A DNA stretch of 64,000 bases, from positions 1 through 64,000 of the forward strand of contig NW_026250454.1 of assembly GCF_024521635.1 (NCBI RefSeq). Direction: 5' to 3'. Positions 61,138-64,000 of this stretch are shown piece after piece. Positions within the stretch are counted from its first letter, which is position 1; each line of letters opens with the position of its first letter. The notes under the pieces are model-generated. The model had not been told where the DNA came from, did not search any database, and saw nothing but the letters and a program-made list of their open reading frames with translations. Origin of the DNA: Tricharina praecox (Eukaryota). The translations under genes were made by a program, and so were the position numbers.

Positions 61138-64000
61138 GCGGCCCAGCACTCCGCAGACTGGGCGGCCAGGTGTATATGTTTGCGGAACGAAGAGACCACG
61201 GCCTCAGGATATCGACAGCGAATCCAGAGATAAGCGAAGACGAACGGACCAACCTATTTCTACGAGTCCAACCGCGCCGAGCGCCTCAGGGTGTGTGCCC
61301 CCAAACCTGTCAGCGGACCATGACCAATCATAGAAATGATGCTCCTCTGGTCTGAGCACAAGCGACGACGGATCTGAGTACTCCTCGACACAGAATGTGC
61401 CATTCCGATCATTAAACGAAGCCTTGCACGAGAACTTGGGTTGCCCCTCATTCAACGACCTAAGCCGCTGGAAATCAAGGACTTCGACGGAACCATAGTG
61501 GAAGGAGCCGGGGAATATTATACAATGCCGATGCTCCTCCAACACCGGAGGCACTACACCAACAAAACCTTTGAAGTGGCTCCCTTGGACGACTGCGATG
61601 CCTACCTCCCGTATTGGTGGATGGCTAAGCATGAACCGACAGGGTTCTGGGAGAATGAAGCACAGAAAATCTGCTTCACCAGCGCCCGATGCAAGGAACA
61701 ATGCACCTTGCAACAAGCGACCAGCTTTCCGATGGAACTTGACACGTCTGTCGTTCACAATTCGGATACTCGCATTATCGGATACGTCTCAGCTGGCCCG
61801 GAATCAGATCCACCCATAAATCTGCTTCCGGAGAAGTTCAGACGATATGCCAACATCATGAGCAAGGAAGCAGCCGATAAGCTTCCCGACCACAAGTCCT
61901 ACGACCACGCAATCGATCTCAAGGAAGGAGAGACTCCTCCATGGGGTCCTATCTATGCGCTGTCAGAGAAAGAACTTGAGGCCCTCAGGGAGTGGCTCAA
62001 GGAGATACTCCAGACAGGCAAGATTCGAAGATCCAAATCACCAGCCGGGGCGCCGATATTATTTGTACCAAAGGCGCACGGCAGGGGTCTCCGATTGTGT
62101 GTCGACTATCGCGGTATCAACAAGATTACCGTAGCCAATCGCTACCCACTCCCGATCATGGCAGAGTTGCAAGACCGAGTCAGGGGTGCGAAAGTCTTCA
62201 CCAAGATTGATTTGAAGAATGGCTATCACCTTATCTGCATCAAGGAAGGTGACGAGTGGAAGACGGCTTTCCGCTGTCGATACGGACTATTTGAGTTTTT
62301 GGTCATGCCGTTTGGGCTGACCAACGCTCCAGCGACGTTTCAGGACATGATTAACCACATATTTCGGGATATGTTGGACCTGGGAGTGGCCGCATACATC
62401 GATGACCTCCTCATCTATGCGAAGACGCACGAGGAGCATGACAAGATAGTCATCGAGGTACTAAAGAGGTTGGAAGAAAATAAGTTGGCAATCTCACCAA
62501 AGAAGTGTGTCTGGTTGACAGGGAGACTCGAGTTCCTAGGATACGTGATGTCCCAAGATGAAATTGAGATGGCTAAGGACAAGGTGGAATCTGTGCTCTC
62601 GTGGGAGGCGCCGCGGTCCCTGAAGGAAGTACAAGCCATTCTTGGGTTCGCCAATCTTTACAGGCGCTTCATCAAGGATTTCTCAAAGCTCACGAGACCC
62701 TTGACCGAGAGCACAAAAGAAAAAGGGAAACATTGGAGATGGACAGGGGACATGGAACTGGCCTTCGAGGAGCTGAAGTCTAGGTTCACCGTGGCACCGA
62801 TTCTCGGGCACTTCAACCCAGAACTACCTGTCGTGGTGGAATCCGACGCTTCGGACTTCGCGTTGGGCGCGGTCCTGTGTCAAAGGGCAGAGGATGGGAA
62901 GTTACACCCGGTTGCATTCCACTCAAGAAAGTTCACCCCAGCCAAAATCAACTTTGAGATTCACGATAAGGAACTACTCGCGATAGTAGACTCTTTCAAA
63001 CGCTGGCGGCAATACCTCGAGGGAGCAAAACACCAGATCCAGGTGTACAGCGACCACCAGAACCCTGAGTACTTTACAATCACGAAAGTACTCAATCGAC
63101 GGCAGGCGAGATGGGCACAAGAACTCGCTGGCATCGGCTTCAAAATCTACTACCGGCCCGGCAGCCAGAATGGCAAGCCTGACGCATTATCCAGGCGCCC
63201 GGAGTACCGCCCTGAAAAAGGGGGGGGTGAAGATCAGCCGATTACGACGATCCTGCATAAATCACACTTTGCAGGCGACGATTCGAGAGTTTCATCAATC
63301 AGCACCGGAGGCGAAAGCACCGTGTTCCTGGCTTCGTCAACTCGGCTACAATCAATCCCCGTGCCAAAGTGGAATGAAGAATTTCTGGGTTGGGTCAGGA
63401 AGGCAGGAAAGAAAGATGCTGGGTATCAGGAGGCTCTGAGTAGCATCAAGGATACGAACCAGGACGCGGCTCAGAAGGACACTGAGTCGGAGGGCCGAAA
63501 GGCCTGGGAACTGGCCGCCGAGAGTAGGGACTCCGGCAGGATGGGTCGAAAGGCCAGGATTTTGAGGATGGAAGAGGGGTGCCTGTATAGGAAAGAAAGG
63601 CTATGGGTACCAGACGACAAGGAACTCGTCAGACACATCCTCGAGTCGGAACACGATACGAAAGTCGCAGGGCATATGGGCCAGGACAAGACTATCGAAC
63701 TTATCCGACGCAATTTCTGGTGGCCAAAGATGGACGAGCAGATTATAGACTTCGTCCGGAGTTGCGCGCAGTGTCAGAAGGACAAAGCAACAAGGCACCA
63801 GCCGTATGGACTACTCAATCCCCTCGAGTTACCATACACCCCATGGCAATCAATAGCCATGGACTTCATTACCGACCTACCGGAATCCAACGGATGCGAC
63901 CAGCTATGGGTGGTCGTCGACCGCTTCACCAAGATGGCGCATTTCATCCCCCTACCCAAGGATGGAAAGATAGCCGAGGATCTCGCGCGGATTTTTCCCC
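61128..64000 (+). pseudogene. pol: pol with damaged protease region; RT, RNase H and integrase N-terminus appear open from 61378 to the window end
   Basis: Frameshift and TGA stops at 61321 and 61375; LLDTEC instead of DTG; LRLCVDYRG, MPFGLTNAP, YIDD (62395-62406), ESDASD, GHMG...CAQC, IAMDF. Confidence 0.9.

Larger units (their letters stand above)
58524..64000 (+). mobile_element. Second, degenerate Ty3/Gypsy LTR retrotransposon running off the window end
   Basis: Putative 5' LTR 58524-59231 (TGTGAC...GTTACA) followed by gag and pol; the partner LTR is outside the window, so LTR limits are inferred. Confidence 0.9.

Overview
Eukaryotic, intron-containing filamentous ascomycete DNA; the short GT/GC-AG introns, CTRAC branch points and gene set suggest Pezizomycetes (inference). 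About 1-42 kb is a gene block: an uncharacterised 3-exon gene with a decayed tandem paralog, FBP26, peroxisomal ABCD half-transporter PXA2, a GPI-anchored protein, an AT-hook/bromodomain protein, a DOCK-family GEF, a DUF2470 membrane protein and an Old Yellow Enzyme. Two non-autonomous DNA transposons with intact target-site duplications sit between genes. About 42-51.6 kb is gene-poor. About 51.7-64 kb is a nest of Ty3/Gypsy LTR elements, one nearly intact. Most notable observations: (1) a strand-specific, highly structured ~0.85-kb minus-strand RNA candidate between the bromodomain and DOCK genes, with a telomerase-RNA-like pseudoknot but no canonical TTAGGG template and no CR4/5 found; (2) a hidden first exon of FBP26 across a 2.5-kb intron; (3) a TGT...ACA, 5-bp-TSD element with long TIRs (Ginger-like?); (4) self-priming and -1 frameshift signals in the chromovirus. 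All calls are by eye; no searches were run.
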